In this document: positions 10,175-20,093 of the stretch, in pieces
How positions within the stretch are numbered: position 1 is the stretch's first letter
Layout of the letters: each line of letters begins with the position of its first letter
From: a candidate division WOR-3 bacterium
GTDB lineage: Bacteria; Hydrothermota; Tepidihabitantia; Tepidihabitantales; Tepidihabitantaceae
DNA: 64,000 nucleotides
Direction of reading: 5' to 3'
NCBI GenBank assembly: GCA_965649295.1
Contig: CBFGKH010000002.1
Coordinates: 227,202-291,201 of the forward strand
Program-made: the position numbers and the translations under genes
Notes under the pieces: generated by a model
The model's database searches: none
Told to the model about the DNA's origin: nothing
Seen by the model: only the letters and a program-made list of their open reading frames with translations

Positions 10175-11179
10175 TTACTTCTGCCCGGGAACCTTCTCTG
10201 CGAGTGCCTCGGCAATCTGCACCGCATTGGTGGCTGCGCCTTTGCGCAGGTTGTCGGTAACAATCCAGAGACTGATTTCGTCCGGGTCAGCACCCTGCCT
10301 TACCCGGCTGACATAGACATTGTCGTTGCCACGGGCCAGCACCGGCGTCACATACCGGTCACGGTCATAGAGCACGACGCCGGGAGCATGCCGCAAGGCC
10401 TCCAAGGCATCCTTGACCTTGACCGGTTGGCTGAACTTGGCAGTGACCGCCAGAGCGTGGCCAATTGACACCGGTACCCGCACGCAGGTGGAGTTCACGC
10501 GCAGCTCGGGCAGGCCAAGAATCTTGGCGGTCTCCTTGATTGTTTTCAGTTCCTCGCCGGTGTTGCCGTGGCTGTCAAAATCGTCAATCTGCGGGATGAC
10601 GTTGTCGGCAAGCTGGGTCGGCAACGGGCTTGGTCGGGTGTCAGGTTGCTGGTCCATGGCCACAAACTCGATCTCGTAGCGGAGCTGGCGCATGGCATCA
10701 CGGCCGGCGCCGGACGCCGACTGATAGGAGGCAATCCAGAGTTTCTCAAGACCGAACCGCTGGTGCAGTGGGTTGATGGCAACAACCAATGGTATGGTCG
10801 TGCAGTTGGGGTTGGCGATGATGTTATGGTGGGAACGGAGGGCGGCCTTGTTCACCTCAGGCACGACGAGCGGCACGTCCTCACGCAACCGGAAGTTACT
10901 CGACTTGTCAATGACCGGGCAGTGCTTTGCTACCTCGGGCACGAGCCGCTTTGCCAAGCCTGGTTCAAGACAGAAGAAGGCGACGTCCAGGCCACGGAAG
11001 GCGTCGGCCCGGACTTCCTGTACTTCATACTCCTGGTCGCGGAACCGCAGCTTGGTCCCGGCACTCTTGGCTGATGCGAAAAGTCGCAATTCCTCAATTT
11101 CGCTAGCCCGTTGCTCCAGTACCCGGAGCAATGTCTCGCCAACTAGACCAGTTGCACCGGCAATTCCGATTCGCTTCAT
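10175..11179 (-). CDS. asd: Aspartate-semialdehyde dehydrogenase
   Basis: GATGLVG, IIANPNCTT, SYQSASGAG, TCVRVPV..GH, DNLRKGAATNAVQIAE. Confidence 0.97.
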   Translation of the reverse strand: MKRIGIAGATGLVGETLLRVLEQRASEIEELRLFASAKSAGTKLRFRDQEYEVQEVRADAFRGLDVAFFCLEPGLAKRLVPEVAKHCPVIDKSSNFRLREDVPLVVPEVNKAALRSHHNIIANPNCTTIPLVVAINPLHQRFGLEKLWIASYQSASGAGRDAMRQLRYEIEFVAMDQQPDTRPSPLPTQLADNVIPQIDDFDSHGNTGEELKTIKETAKILGLPELRVNSTCVRVPVSIGHALAVTAKFSQPVKVKDALEALRHAPGVVLYDRDRYVTPVLARGNDNVYVSRVRQGADPDEISLWIVTDNLRKGAATNAVQIAEALAEKVPGQK

Positions 11180-11308
11180 GCTAGACTCCCGATTCCTGAT
11201 TCCACCACCAAGGCACCAAGGTCCGACTCGGCCCGGAGCACCGCCGCGCCTCGTCTCTTTGGATGCCTGGTGTTTCTTCTATCTCTGGCTGGCACTACTG
11301 TTTCCCTG

Positions 11309-12283
11309 CTATTCCGTGTAACCGCGCGGATACTGCTGATGAAAGTGCCAAGCGTCAGCAATCATGTCATCGAGCGTCTTTTCCGGTCGCCAGCCCAGTT
11401 CAGCTCGAATCCGAGCCGACGAAGCGAGGAGTATCGCCGGGTCGCCCTGCCGCCGGCCAACGGTTTCAATCCGCAGCCTGCGGCCGGTTATCCGCTCGAC
11501 CGCGGCGAAGACCTCTTTGACGGAAAAGCCCTGCTCGCTACCAAGATTATAGACTACACTTCGGTCAGCAGTGGCGCTGATTGCCAGCAGATGGGCGCGG
11601 GCCAGATCGTAAACATGGAGGTAGTCGCGGACACAGGTGCCATCGTGGGTGGGGTAGTCGTCGCCGAATATCTGAAAGACCCGGTTTGGTTCCAATGCGG
11701 CGGCGAGCAGCTTCGGTATGAGGTGGGTCTCGGGCCGATGGTCCTCACCGAGTCCGCCATAGGCACCAGCCACATTGAAGTAACGCAGGGCCGCATAGCG
11801 CAGGCCAGTTGCCCGGGCGTACTCTTCGAGCAGGGCCTCGAACACACGCTTGGTCCCGCCATAGGGATTGACCGGCCGCAACGGTGCGTCCTCGGTAATC
11901 GGGACCTTTTCCGGCTCGCCATAGACCGCGGCTGATGAGGAGAAGACAAATCGCTTGACCTTGTGCTGGCTTACGGCGTTGAGCAGGTTGATGCCGCAGG
12001 CAACGTTATTGTAGAAGTAGCGCTCTGGTTTCAGCACTGACTCGGCGACCAGCGAGAACGCAGCAAAGTGGATTACGCATTCGGGCCGCGCCAGCTCAAA
12101 GGCGGCGGTCAGGGCATTGGTATCAGCGAGGCTGCCGACAAAGAGTCGGGCCGGCGCCAGCACCGCCTGTCGGTGCCCAAGCGACAGGTTGTCAAAGACG
12201 GTGACATCGTGGCCGGCCTCAACCAGCACCTTGGTTGTGATGCTGCCAATATAGCCGGCACCACCGGTAACGAGTATCCGCAC
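11309..12283 (-). CDS. galE: UDP-glucose 4-epimerase
   Basis: ILVTGGAGYIGS, FSSSAAVYG, YGGTK, LRYFNVAG, DGTCVRDYLHV; GTG 12283 chosen as start. Confidence 0.96.
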   Translation of the reverse strand: MRILVTGGAGYIGSITTKVLVEAGHDVTVFDNLSLGHRQAVLAPARLFVGSLADTNALTAAFELARPECVIHFAAFSLVAESVLKPERYFYNNVACGINLLNAVSQHKVKRFVFSSSAAVYGEPEKVPITEDAPLRPVNPYGGTKRVFEALLEEYARATGLRYAALRYFNVAGAYGGLGEDHRPETHLIPKLLAAALEPNRVFQIFGDDYPTHDGTCVRDYLHVYDLARAHLLAISATADRSVVYNLGSEQGFSVKEVFAAVERITGRRLRIETVGRRQGDPAILLASSARIRAELGWRPEKTLDDMIADAWHFHQQYPRGYTE

Positions 12284-12289
12284 GTCGAG

Positions 12290-12318
12290 ACTATAACGGC
12301 TGGCCAGCGGGCTGACAA
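12290..12318 (-). promoter_or_regulatory. Leaderless promoter of galE-asd operon
   Basis: TTGTCA-N17-TATAGT, 6 nt before GTG. Confidence 0.65.
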
Positions 12319-12755
12319 GGGCAGGTTGCAAGGGACTGGCCCAAGCTCAGGGCCGAACTGATTCGGCAGCCAGCACCGAGGCCCAATCAGTGGCTGGGCC
12401 GCCGAGGTCGGCGCAAAGTCTCCTAGGAAGAGTTCGACCGGTGGTGGCAAAGGCGCAGTGAAGGAGACTGACAGTCGCTTTCTCACCAGGAGCGTGACGA
12501 GGAGCGATTGGGGCCGGGCCGGAATGAGACCCAGTAATTGCCAGAGAGACTCTTTGGGCAACTCCTTGTGAATCTCTGGGGGTAACCATCCCCGGGACAG
12601 TATAGGGGGTGGGGCGCAAATCGCAATATCGTGCTGATAGGTGGTGAGTTAGGGCCGTTGGTAACTGGCATCCGCCGGGTTGGGAAACTGCTAGTATTCC
12701 GGCCTGGTTGCAGTGTTGTTGACTTGGGATTGAACCTAGTGTAAGTTGCGCAGAG

Positions 12756-13628
12756 ATGAGTCGCGGTGAACTGCGCGAACTGACGCCGCTACTGTCGGTT
12801 CTGCATCTCGGCGAGATGAGCTACAATGCCGGTATCTTTGCTGCCGGCGGTGAGGCCTGCTTAGTTGACCCAGGACTAGGGTGGGCAGACATGAGGCTGC
12901 TTGCCGAGGCAATTGGCAGTCGGCAGGCGCGGCCACGCTGGCTGGTACTTACCCATAGCCACTGGGACCACGTGCTGGGGCCGGATTTCTTTGCGGGGGT
13001 GCCAGTGGTGCAGCAGCAGGCAGCAGTGGCAGTGGCAGCCGAGTTTGGTTCGGCTATTGAACGGCAGGTGTCAGAATGGCGGGCGCAGGCCGGTGAGAGT
13101 CCAACCGAGTTCAGCCTCGCTGAGCCGGATGGGACGTTTGGTGAGCGACTGGAGCTGGTGGTGGGTGGCGAGCGATTGGAACTGTTGCACGCACCCGGCC
13201 ACGCTGAGGAACAACTGGTAGTCTATCATGCGGCCAGTGGCCTGCTCTGGGCTGGGGACATGTTGAGTGATATTGAGATTCCGTTTGTGATGCAGAGTCT
13301 GCGTGATTATCGGGCGACGTTGGGCCGGCTGGCAGAACTGGAGATTCGGGTGCTCGTGCCCGGCCATGGCCGGCCGACAACCGACCAGACGGAAATCCGG
13401 CGGCGGCTGGCTGAGGACAGTCGGTATCTTGACGAACTGGCTGAGCGAGTGGAGGCAGCAGTGCGGGCCGGCCGTGATGTCCGGGAGGCGGTGCTGGACT
13501 GTCAGGGGATGCGGTTTCGGCTGCGCGACAGCAATCAGGGCGCACACGAGCTGAATGTGGCGACCGCCTTTTACGAGCTGGGTGGCAGTGAGACGGCGGG
13601 AGTGAGGGGCTGGAACAGGCTGCAGTGA
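12756..13628 (+). CDS. MBL-fold metallo-hydrolase
   Basis: LVDPG, THSHWDH, PGH, AGD, VPGHG. Confidence 0.9.
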   Translation: MSRGELRELTPLLSVLHLGEMSYNAGIFAAGGEACLVDPGLGWADMRLLAEAIGSRQARPRWLVLTHSHWDHVLGPDFFAGVPVVQQQAAVAVAAEFGSAIERQVSEWRAQAGESPTEFSLAEPDGTFGERLELVVGGERLELLHAPGHAEEQLVVYHAASGLLWAGDMLSDIEIPFVMQSLRDYRATLGRLAELEIRVLVPGHGRPTTDQTEIRRRLAEDSRYLDELAERVEAAVRAGRDVREAVLDCQGMRFRLRDSNQGAHELNVATAFYELGGSETAGVRGWNRLQ

Positions 13629-13660
13629 CCGGTAGTTGAAGTGATGCGGGAGCGGGTGCG

Positions 13661-14347
13661 ATGAGGCTGTGGGGAACACTGTTGAATGTTGGAACCGTGA
13701 TTATCGGCAGCTTGATTGGTCTGTTCTTTCACGCGCGGCTGCCGAGGCGACTGGTGCAGGTTGCGTTTGCCGGGATTGGGCTATTCACGCTCTTCATTGG
13801 TTTCACGATGGCGGCGAAGACAAAGAACTTCGTCGTGCTGGTATTTGCCATCGTGCTGGGCGCGATTGCTGGCGAGCTGCTGGCGATTGAAGAGCGACTG
13901 GCAGGATGCGGCGAGTGGCTGAAGCAGCGGCTGGGCTCGGCGAACGAGCGGTTTGCTGAAGGGCTGGTGACAGCGTTTCTGCTCTTCTGTATGGGTTCGA
14001 TGACTGTTCTCGGAGCAATCGAGGAAGGAATGGGTGGCAAGCCAAATCTGCTGGTGGCCAAGTCGGTATTGGATGGCTTTGCGTCGCTGGCCCTGGCCGC
14101 GTCAATGGGAGTCGGCGTACTCTTCTCGGTGGTGCCGCAGTTGCTGTATCAAGGTGGATTGACAGCGGCAGCATGGCTAGTGGGACGGGCGCTGGCGCCG
14201 ACAGTGGTGAACGAGGTGTCGGCAGCGGGCGGCTTGATTCTCATTGGGTTGGGGATCAGGATTCTGGAGATAAAGCAACTGAAGGTGCTGAACATGCTGC
14301 CGGCGCTGGTCGTGGCCGGTGTCCTGGCAGCGCTGCTTGTGAGATAG
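13661..14347 (+). CDS. DUF554 (YqgA-like) membrane protein
   Basis: GTLLN..IIGSLIG, TAFLLFCMGSMTVLGAIEEG, KSVLDG, NMLPAL. Confidence 0.9.
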   Translation: MRLWGTLLNVGTVIIGSLIGLFFHARLPRRLVQVAFAGIGLFTLFIGFTMAAKTKNFVVLVFAIVLGAIAGELLAIEERLAGCGEWLKQRLGSANERFAEGLVTAFLLFCMGSMTVLGAIEEGMGGKPNLLVAKSVLDGFASLALAASMGVGVLFSVVPQLLYQGGLTAAAWLVGRALAPTVVNEVSAAGGLILIGLGIRILEIKQLKVLNMLPALVVAGVLAALLVR

Positions 14348-14371
14348 CGGCGAGCAGAGAGGAGTGAGGCG

Positions 14372-16075
14372 ATGAAGCGGACTGTTCTCGTGCTGGCTTT
14401 GCTGGTGATGGCCGGACTGGGGGCGCCGGTGGTGCGGTTTGCGGTTATCGGTGACCGAACCGGTAATGCCCAGCCCGGGGTGTATGAGTCAATAGTGGCC
14501 GAGATCGAGCGGCTGCGGCCGGACTTCGTTTTCTCGGTCGGCGACCAGATTCAGGGTTACACCAAGGACACGGCAGTGCTTGGGCAGCAGTGGCGCGAGT
14601 ATCGTTCAATAATGGCCGGTCTTTCAGTGCCGCTTTACATCACTGCCGGCAACCATGACATAAGAGACGAAAGTCACCTGGGGCCGTTTCTTCAGTACAA
14701 CGGTCGGCCCTACTACAGCCTCGAGCGACAAGGACTCTACTTCATTGTCCTCGACAACAGCCGCTGGGAGGCGAGCAGCGAACTGCCGGAAGAACAGCTT
14801 GACTGGCTGCAGGCTGAGCTCAGACGGTCGCGGCGGGCACGATACACTTCTGTCATCATGCACAAGCCGTTCTGGGAGAATACCACGGCCCGAGGTCGGC
14901 CAGACACGTTGCACAGCCTGTTCCGACGCTACGGCGTGGACGCGGTTTTTGCCGGGCACCGCCACCAATACTTCAGCGGCCTTTACGACGGCATTAGCTA
15001 TACCGCGGTGGGTAGTTCTGGTGGCGCCACAATTCCGGGGCCGACCGGGATTCTTTACCACTTCACCTGGGTGACGGTTGACGATGCTGGTATTCACATC
15101 GCGCCAATTCTGGCTGGCACGATACGGCCATGGGATGATGTCACTGCTACTGACCGGCAGGCAATCGAGAAGAACGAGCGAGACGGAATCCGTTTCCCAG
15201 CGCCGGTGCTCGTTGATGGAAGATTGGCAGTCAACGGGGACGCCGAGCTGGTGGTGGTGAACTTCTCGGCGACCGATACCTTGATTGACACGCTACGTTG
15301 GGAGGTGCCGGCTGGCTGGAGTGTGGAGCCAGACCAGGCGATTCTGACAGTAGCACCCGGAGCAACCGTATCGGTCACGGCCAGGGTCGCTTGCGCAGGC
15401 CGGCCTTTTCCGGTGCCGATTGCTAAGGTGAGGCTGCCCTATCGGCCGGGCCGAACGAGTCTTGTCTCGCGGCAGTTGCGGGTGGCCCGGACCGCGGTTA
15501 GCAGCCGGCTGGCTGACATTGTGATTGACGGTCGGCCGACCGAGAGAGAGTGGCAGCAGCCGGAGACCTATTTCTTCGGCCCGGACGGCGGGCCAGCCCA
15601 AACCGACTCGACACGGTTCTATTTCGGATGGGACGATTCGAGTCTCTATATCAGTGCTGTTTGCTTTGACCCGGCGGTTACCACCGTCAAGGCGCAGGCC
15701 GAGCAGCAGGATGAGGCGGTGTACAACGACGATTGCGTTGGGTTCTTTCTGCAGCCGGACACGAGCACCGGTGTCATCTACCAAATCTACTTCAATCCGA
15801 ATGGCGTTGCATTTGACCAGCAGCTAGTCGCCGTTACTGGCGGCGTTGAGGCCAACCCGAAGTGGAACGGCAGCTACACGGTCGCCACCGCTTTGGGGCC
15901 GGACCGCTGGTCAATTGAGGCACGGATACCGCTTGGGCAGCTCGGGGCCAAGGCAGGGGCCGGCCAAGTATGGGGCCTCAACTTTCGGCGCAAGCAGCCG
16001 GGCCGTAAGGCCAACGGTGACTGGCAGCCGATTAGCTATGACCGCGACGGCCTAGGCTGGCTGCTTTTCCGCTAA
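14372..16075 (+). CDS. Secreted calcineurin-like metallophosphoesterase with Ig-like and CBM9-like C-terminal domains
   Basis: Signal peptide; GD, VGD, GNHD, MHKP, AGHRH; C-terminal IDG..EW, DDCVGFFL, WSIEARIPL, WGLNFRR. Confidence 0.8.
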   Translation: MKRTVLVLALLVMAGLGAPVVRFAVIGDRTGNAQPGVYESIVAEIERLRPDFVFSVGDQIQGYTKDTAVLGQQWREYRSIMAGLSVPLYITAGNHDIRDESHLGPFLQYNGRPYYSLERQGLYFIVLDNSRWEASSELPEEQLDWLQAELRRSRRARYTSVIMHKPFWENTTARGRPDTLHSLFRRYGVDAVFAGHRHQYFSGLYDGISYTAVGSSGGATIPGPTGILYHFTWVTVDDAGIHIAPILAGTIRPWDDVTATDRQAIEKNERDGIRFPAPVLVDGRLAVNGDAELVVVNFSATDTLIDTLRWEVPAGWSVEPDQAILTVAPGATVSVTARVACAGRPFPVPIAKVRLPYRPGRTSLVSRQLRVARTAVSSRLADIVIDGRPTEREWQQPETYFFGPDGGPAQTDSTRFYFGWDDSSLYISAVCFDPAVTTVKAQAEQQDEAVYNDDCVGFFLQPDTSTGVIYQIYFNPNGVAFDQQLVAVTGGVEANPKWNGSYTVATALGPDRWSIEARIPLGQLGAKAGAGQVWGLNFRRKQPGRKANGDWQPISYDRDGLGWLLFR

Positions 16076-16111
16076 ACCCTACTCAATTCCTGACCTTGTC
16101 AAGGTGAAGAT

Positions 16112-16139
16112 TTGACAGTCAGTCACCGGCCGATAAGAT
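16112..16139 (+). promoter_or_regulatory. Leaderless promoter of holA-leuS operon
   Basis: TTGACA-N16-TAAGAT, 6 nt before GTG 16146. Confidence 0.65.
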
Positions 16140-16145
16140 GAGCCG

Positions 16146-17186
16146 GTGGCTGCCTATCAGGCAAAGAAGACCCGCAAGCCAGCCCAGGTGCTGGCTGATA
16201 TTGCTGCCGGTCGGATTGAACCGGTCTATATCCTGTTCGGCGATGACACGGCGATGGCCGAGGAGATTATCGAGGCGCTGCGGGCGCGGTTGATTGAGCC
16301 TGGTTTTGGAACGATGACTTTTAGCAATCTCCACCCACCCAAGCTGAACGAGGCCGGGGCCAGTGCTTGGCCGACAGAACTACTCCAACTGGTGAACACG
16401 CCGCCAATGGGCGCGGCGCGACGGCTGGTGGTCATTCGCGGCTTCGATGTGCTTGATAAACAGCGGGCCGAGGCTGTCGGCAGTGGCCTGGCCAAGACAC
16501 CTGATTTTACCACGGTAGTCGCGACCTGCGAGTATGATCGAACCCGCGAACGACTCTTCAACCAGACCGGTCTGGCCCGTTTTGTTGTTGACTTGCGTTC
16601 GCCGTCGGCTGGCGACCGGATTACGATGCTGCGGCGGTGGGCAAAGGAGCGGGGGATTGAGCTGGACGAGAAGGCCGCCGCCTTGCTGGTGGAGATTGCC
16701 GGCACCGATACGGCTTTGCTCAAGACTGAGATTGAGAAGCTGGCGACCTTGCTGGGTAAAGGCGGTCGGGCGACGGTTGAGGTCGTGGGTGAACTGGCGG
16801 CTGACTCGCGGGAGTACAGCCTGCGCGAATACACGATGGCGACCTTGGGTCGCAATCTCAAGCCGGCCCTGACCGAGCTGCGGCGGCTGCAGGATTGGGG
16901 CGAGGAGCCGATTCGGATTGTTGGCTGGCTGGCGCCGGCACTGATTCGGCTGGCCAGCGAGGCGCGCGGTGATGCGGCCCGGCTGTTCAATCGGGCCTTG
17001 CACCGGCTGTATGAAATCAACCGTGAGATTGTGTCGGGCGGAGCCGAGCCGTTTTTGCTGCTGGAGCTGTTTACAATCTGTTTGGCCTGTAGTGGTCGCA
17101 CCTGCCGGCTCGCCGGTCAACCGAATGCTCCGAACTTCTGCCTGCATCGGCTACCGCCAGCAAGGAGGAAAGCAGTCAATGAGTGA
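16146..17186 (+). CDS. holA: DNA polymerase III delta subunit
   Basis: PVYILFGDD, TPPMGAARRLVVI, LLVEIAGTD..LLKTEIEKL; adjacent to leuS. Confidence 0.85.
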   Translation: MAAYQAKKTRKPAQVLADIAAGRIEPVYILFGDDTAMAEEIIEALRARLIEPGFGTMTFSNLHPPKLNEAGASAWPTELLQLVNTPPMGAARRLVVIRGFDVLDKQRAEAVGSGLAKTPDFTTVVATCEYDRTRERLFNQTGLARFVVDLRSPSAGDRITMLRRWAKERGIELDEKAAALLVEIAGTDTALLKTEIEKLATLLGKGGRATVEVVGELAADSREYSLREYTMATLGRNLKPALTELRRLQDWGEEPIRIVGWLAPALIRLASEARGDAARLFNRALHRLYEINREIVSGGAEPFLLLELFTICLACSGRTCRLAGQPNAPNFCLHRLPPARRKAVNE

Positions 17187-19686
17187 GAGAGCCGATCAAA
17201 CCCCGGAACGTACGCGCGTCGCTTACCCGGCTCGCGAGATCGAGCAGCGGTGGCAGCAATACTGGAACGAACAGCAGACCTTCCGTACCAACCCTGATCC
17301 GAGCCGCAAGTTCTATGTGCTGGTGATGTTCTTCTATCCGTCGGGCGATGTCCACATGGGGCACTGCCGCAACTATGTCATCGGCGATGTGTTGTGTCGG
17401 TTTCGCAAGATGCAGGGCTACGATGTGCTCCATCCATTCGGCTGGGACGCGTTTGGGCTGCCGGCCGAGAACGCGGCAATTGCCCATGGTAATCACCCAA
17501 GCTACTGGACGTTCAAGTCAATCGAAACTGCCCGGCGCAGCTTGAAGCTGTTGGGTATCGGCTATGACTGGGAACGGGAGGTGACGACCTGTCTGCCTGA
17601 GTACTACCGCTGGAACCAGTGGTTGTTTCTGCGGTTCTGGGAACGGGGTCTGGCCTATCGCAAGGAGGCGCAGGTCAACTGGTGTCCCCAGTGTCAGACT
17701 GTGTTGGCAAACGAGCAAGTAAACGATGGGGTCTGCTACCGCTGTAAGGCGGTTGTCGGCAAGCGGAAACTGGCCCAGTGGTTTCTGCGTATCACCAATT
17801 ATGCCGAGGAGCTGCTGCGGGGCATTGACGAGCTAACAGCCTGGCCAGAACCGGTGCGGGTGATGCAGCGAAACTGGATCGGCCGGTCCGAAGGCGTTGA
17901 GGTTGACTTTACGCTCGAAGGGTCGAACGAGAAGATACCGATCTTCACCACTCGGCCGGACACTCTTTATGGGGTGACGTTTCTCGCCCTAGCACCAGAC
18001 GCACCACTGGCGGAGACGATTGCCAAAGGTACCGAACAGGCGGCGGCGGTTGCCGAGTTCTGCCAGCGGGTGGTAATGCGGCCGGAGATTGAGCGGATTG
18101 CCGCGACCGGTGACAAGGAGGGTGTCTTCACCGGTCGCTATGCGGTCAACCCATTGACCGGTGACCGCGTGCCGATCTATGTCGCCGATTTCGTGCTCGC
18201 GTCCTATGGCACGGGGATGATTATGGCGGTGCCGGCCCACGACCAGCGTGACTTTGAGTTTGCGCGTAAGTATGGAATTCCGATCAAGGTTGTGATTCAG
18301 CCGGCGGACCGGGTGCTCAGGCCGGAGGAGATGACAGCGGCATTCACGGAAGTGGGGACGATGGTCAATTCGGGGCAGTTTGATGGTCTGCGGTCAGACG
18401 AAGGCGTTAGCCGGGTGACCGATTATCTGGTCGAGCACGGGCTCGGCCGCCGGACAGTGAACTACCGGCTGAAGGACTGGCTCGTGTCGCGGCAGCGCTA
18501 CTGGGGTACGCCAATTCCGATGATTCACTGCGAGCGGTGCGGGATTGTGCCGGTACCGGATGAGCAGTTGCCGGTTCTGCTGCCGGAGACGGTGAAAGAC
18601 TTCAAACCCAAGGGCAAGTCAGTGCTGGCCGGTGTGCCGGAGTTCTACGAGACGAGCTGTCCTCGGTGTGAAGGCGCGGCCCATCGTGACCCGGATACGA
18701 TGGATACCTTCGTTGACTCGTCCTGGTACCATCTGCGCTACACCGATGCCCACAACGACAAGCTACCGTTCCGCAAGTCTGAGGCAGACAAGTGGCTGCC
18801 GATTGATGAGTATATCGGCGGCATTGAGCACGCAACCGGCCATCTGATCTTCTTCCGGTTCTTCACGCGAGCGCTGCACGACATGGGCATGGTCGGTGTC
18901 AAGGAGCCGTGCCGGGTGCTGCACACGCAGGGCATGGTCAGCCTCAATGGCGTGACGATGTCGAGCTCAAAGAACGTCGGTGTCTGGGTGGGGCCGTTTG
19001 TCGAGAGCCAGGGCGCGGACATTGCGCGGATTACAATTCTCTTTGCCGCGCCGCCGGAGAAGCCGATGGACTGGACTGACGATCTAGTCACCGGTAGCAC
19101 CCGGTTCCTCAACCGACTGTGGCGGCTCTACGAGGAGAATCTCGGGGTGGTGCGGTTCGAGCCGCCAGACACCGAGCGACTGTCAACGGCCGAGCGGCAG
19201 CTCTATATCCGGCTTAATCAGACCCATCAGAAGGTCATCCATGATGCGGAGGCATTTCAGTTCAACACGGCAATTGCTGCGCAGATGGAGTTTCTCAATG
19301 ACCTCTGCGCGTTTGCAGACCGCCAGTCGCCGGTCTTCGGCTTTGCTCTGGGGCGGCTTATCTATCTACTGGCGCCGTTTGCGCCGCATCTGGCCGAAGA
19401 ACTCTGGCACCGGGCCAGGCCGGCTGCAGGTTCATTGTTCAACGAACGATTTCCGGACTACGACAGTCGGTTCTTAGCATTCGACGAGATGGAGATACCG
19501 GTGCAGATTGACGGTCGGCTGCGGGGTAAGGTGACGGTGGCACGCGGTGCTGATGACGAGACCGTCAAGCAGACCGCGTTGGCCGCACCAGCAATTGCCG
19601 GACTTTTGGCCGGCCGCCAGGTTGTCAAAGTTATCTATGTCAAGAATCGGCTCGTGAGTGTCGTTACTGCCGAGGAGGCGAAATGA
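17179..19686 (+). CDS. leuS: Leucine--tRNA ligase
   Basis: ATG 17179 after AGGAGG; YPSG.VHMGH, GWDAFGLPAENAA, FTTRPDT, VPAHDQRD, DWLVSRQRYWG, DTMDTFVDSSWY. Confidence 0.97.
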   Translation: MSERADQTPERTRVAYPAREIEQRWQQYWNEQQTFRTNPDPSRKFYVLVMFFYPSGDVHMGHCRNYVIGDVLCRFRKMQGYDVLHPFGWDAFGLPAENAAIAHGNHPSYWTFKSIETARRSLKLLGIGYDWEREVTTCLPEYYRWNQWLFLRFWERGLAYRKEAQVNWCPQCQTVLANEQVNDGVCYRCKAVVGKRKLAQWFLRITNYAEELLRGIDELTAWPEPVRVMQRNWIGRSEGVEVDFTLEGSNEKIPIFTTRPDTLYGVTFLALAPDAPLAETIAKGTEQAAAVAEFCQRVVMRPEIERIAATGDKEGVFTGRYAVNPLTGDRVPIYVADFVLASYGTGMIMAVPAHDQRDFEFARKYGIPIKVVIQPADRVLRPEEMTAAFTEVGTMVNSGQFDGLRSDEGVSRVTDYLVEHGLGRRTVNYRLKDWLVSRQRYWGTPIPMIHCERCGIVPVPDEQLPVLLPETVKDFKPKGKSVLAGVPEFYETSCPRCEGAAHRDPDTMDTFVDSSWYHLRYTDAHNDKLPFRKSEADKWLPIDEYIGGIEHATGHLIFFRFFTRALHDMGMVGVKEPCRVLHTQGMVSLNGVTMSSSKNVGVWVGPFVESQGADIARITILFAAPPEKPMDWTDDLVTGSTRFLNRLWRLYEENLGVVRFEPPDTERLSTAERQLYIRLNQTHQKVIHDAEAFQFNTAIAAQMEFLNDLCAFADRQSPVFGFALGRLIYLLAPFAPHLAEELWHRARPAAGSLFNERFPDYDSRFLAFDEMEIPVQIDGRLRGKVTVARGADDETVKQTALAAPAIAGLLAGRQVVKVIYVKNRLVSVVTAEEAK

Positions 19687-20087
19687 GGACAATCCTCTGG
19701 TTGGGCGTGTTGATTGTCGTTGGGCTGCTTGGCTACCTGCTGCACGGCTTCATCGAGCGGCGCAAGGCCCAGGTTGAGTACTACTACTACGAGGTCAGTG
19801 CCGACGTCATTGCCCGCTATTCGGCTGAGGCGGACTCACTGGAGCAGGTTGCCAACCGGTTGCGGCAGCGACTCGATTCTGCTGGGCTATTGCGGCGGGC
19901 GGCAGTCCGGCAGCATCTGACCCTGGTTGAAGACGAGATTGCCGCACTACGGCGAACAATTGAGCTCTGGCGCAAGTCGCGACCGGGCCGGGCTGGTATT
20001 GATCTCTACCGTCAGGTAGTACTACTCTACGGCGAGGCGTTGGCAGCAGCTCGGGCCTTGGCCGCTGATACCCTAGCGGATCGCTGA
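19683..20087 (+). CDS. Hypothetical single-pass membrane coiled-coil protein (paralog A)
   Basis: N-terminal TM helix; overlaps leuS stop; SD GAGGAGG; clear similarity to next ORF. Confidence 0.75.
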   Translation: MRTILWLGVLIVVGLLGYLLHGFIERRKAQVEYYYYEVSADVIARYSAEADSLEQVANRLRQRLDSAGLLRRAAVRQHLTLVEDEIAALRRTIELWRKSRPGRAGIDLYRQVVLLYGEALAAARALAADTLADR

Positions 20088-20093
20088 GGCAAG

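Noticed and set aside
16969..17178. Longer N-terminus for leuS (905 aa)
   Set aside because: Overlaps holA; the ATG at 17179 has a strong SD and matches a normal LeuRS start
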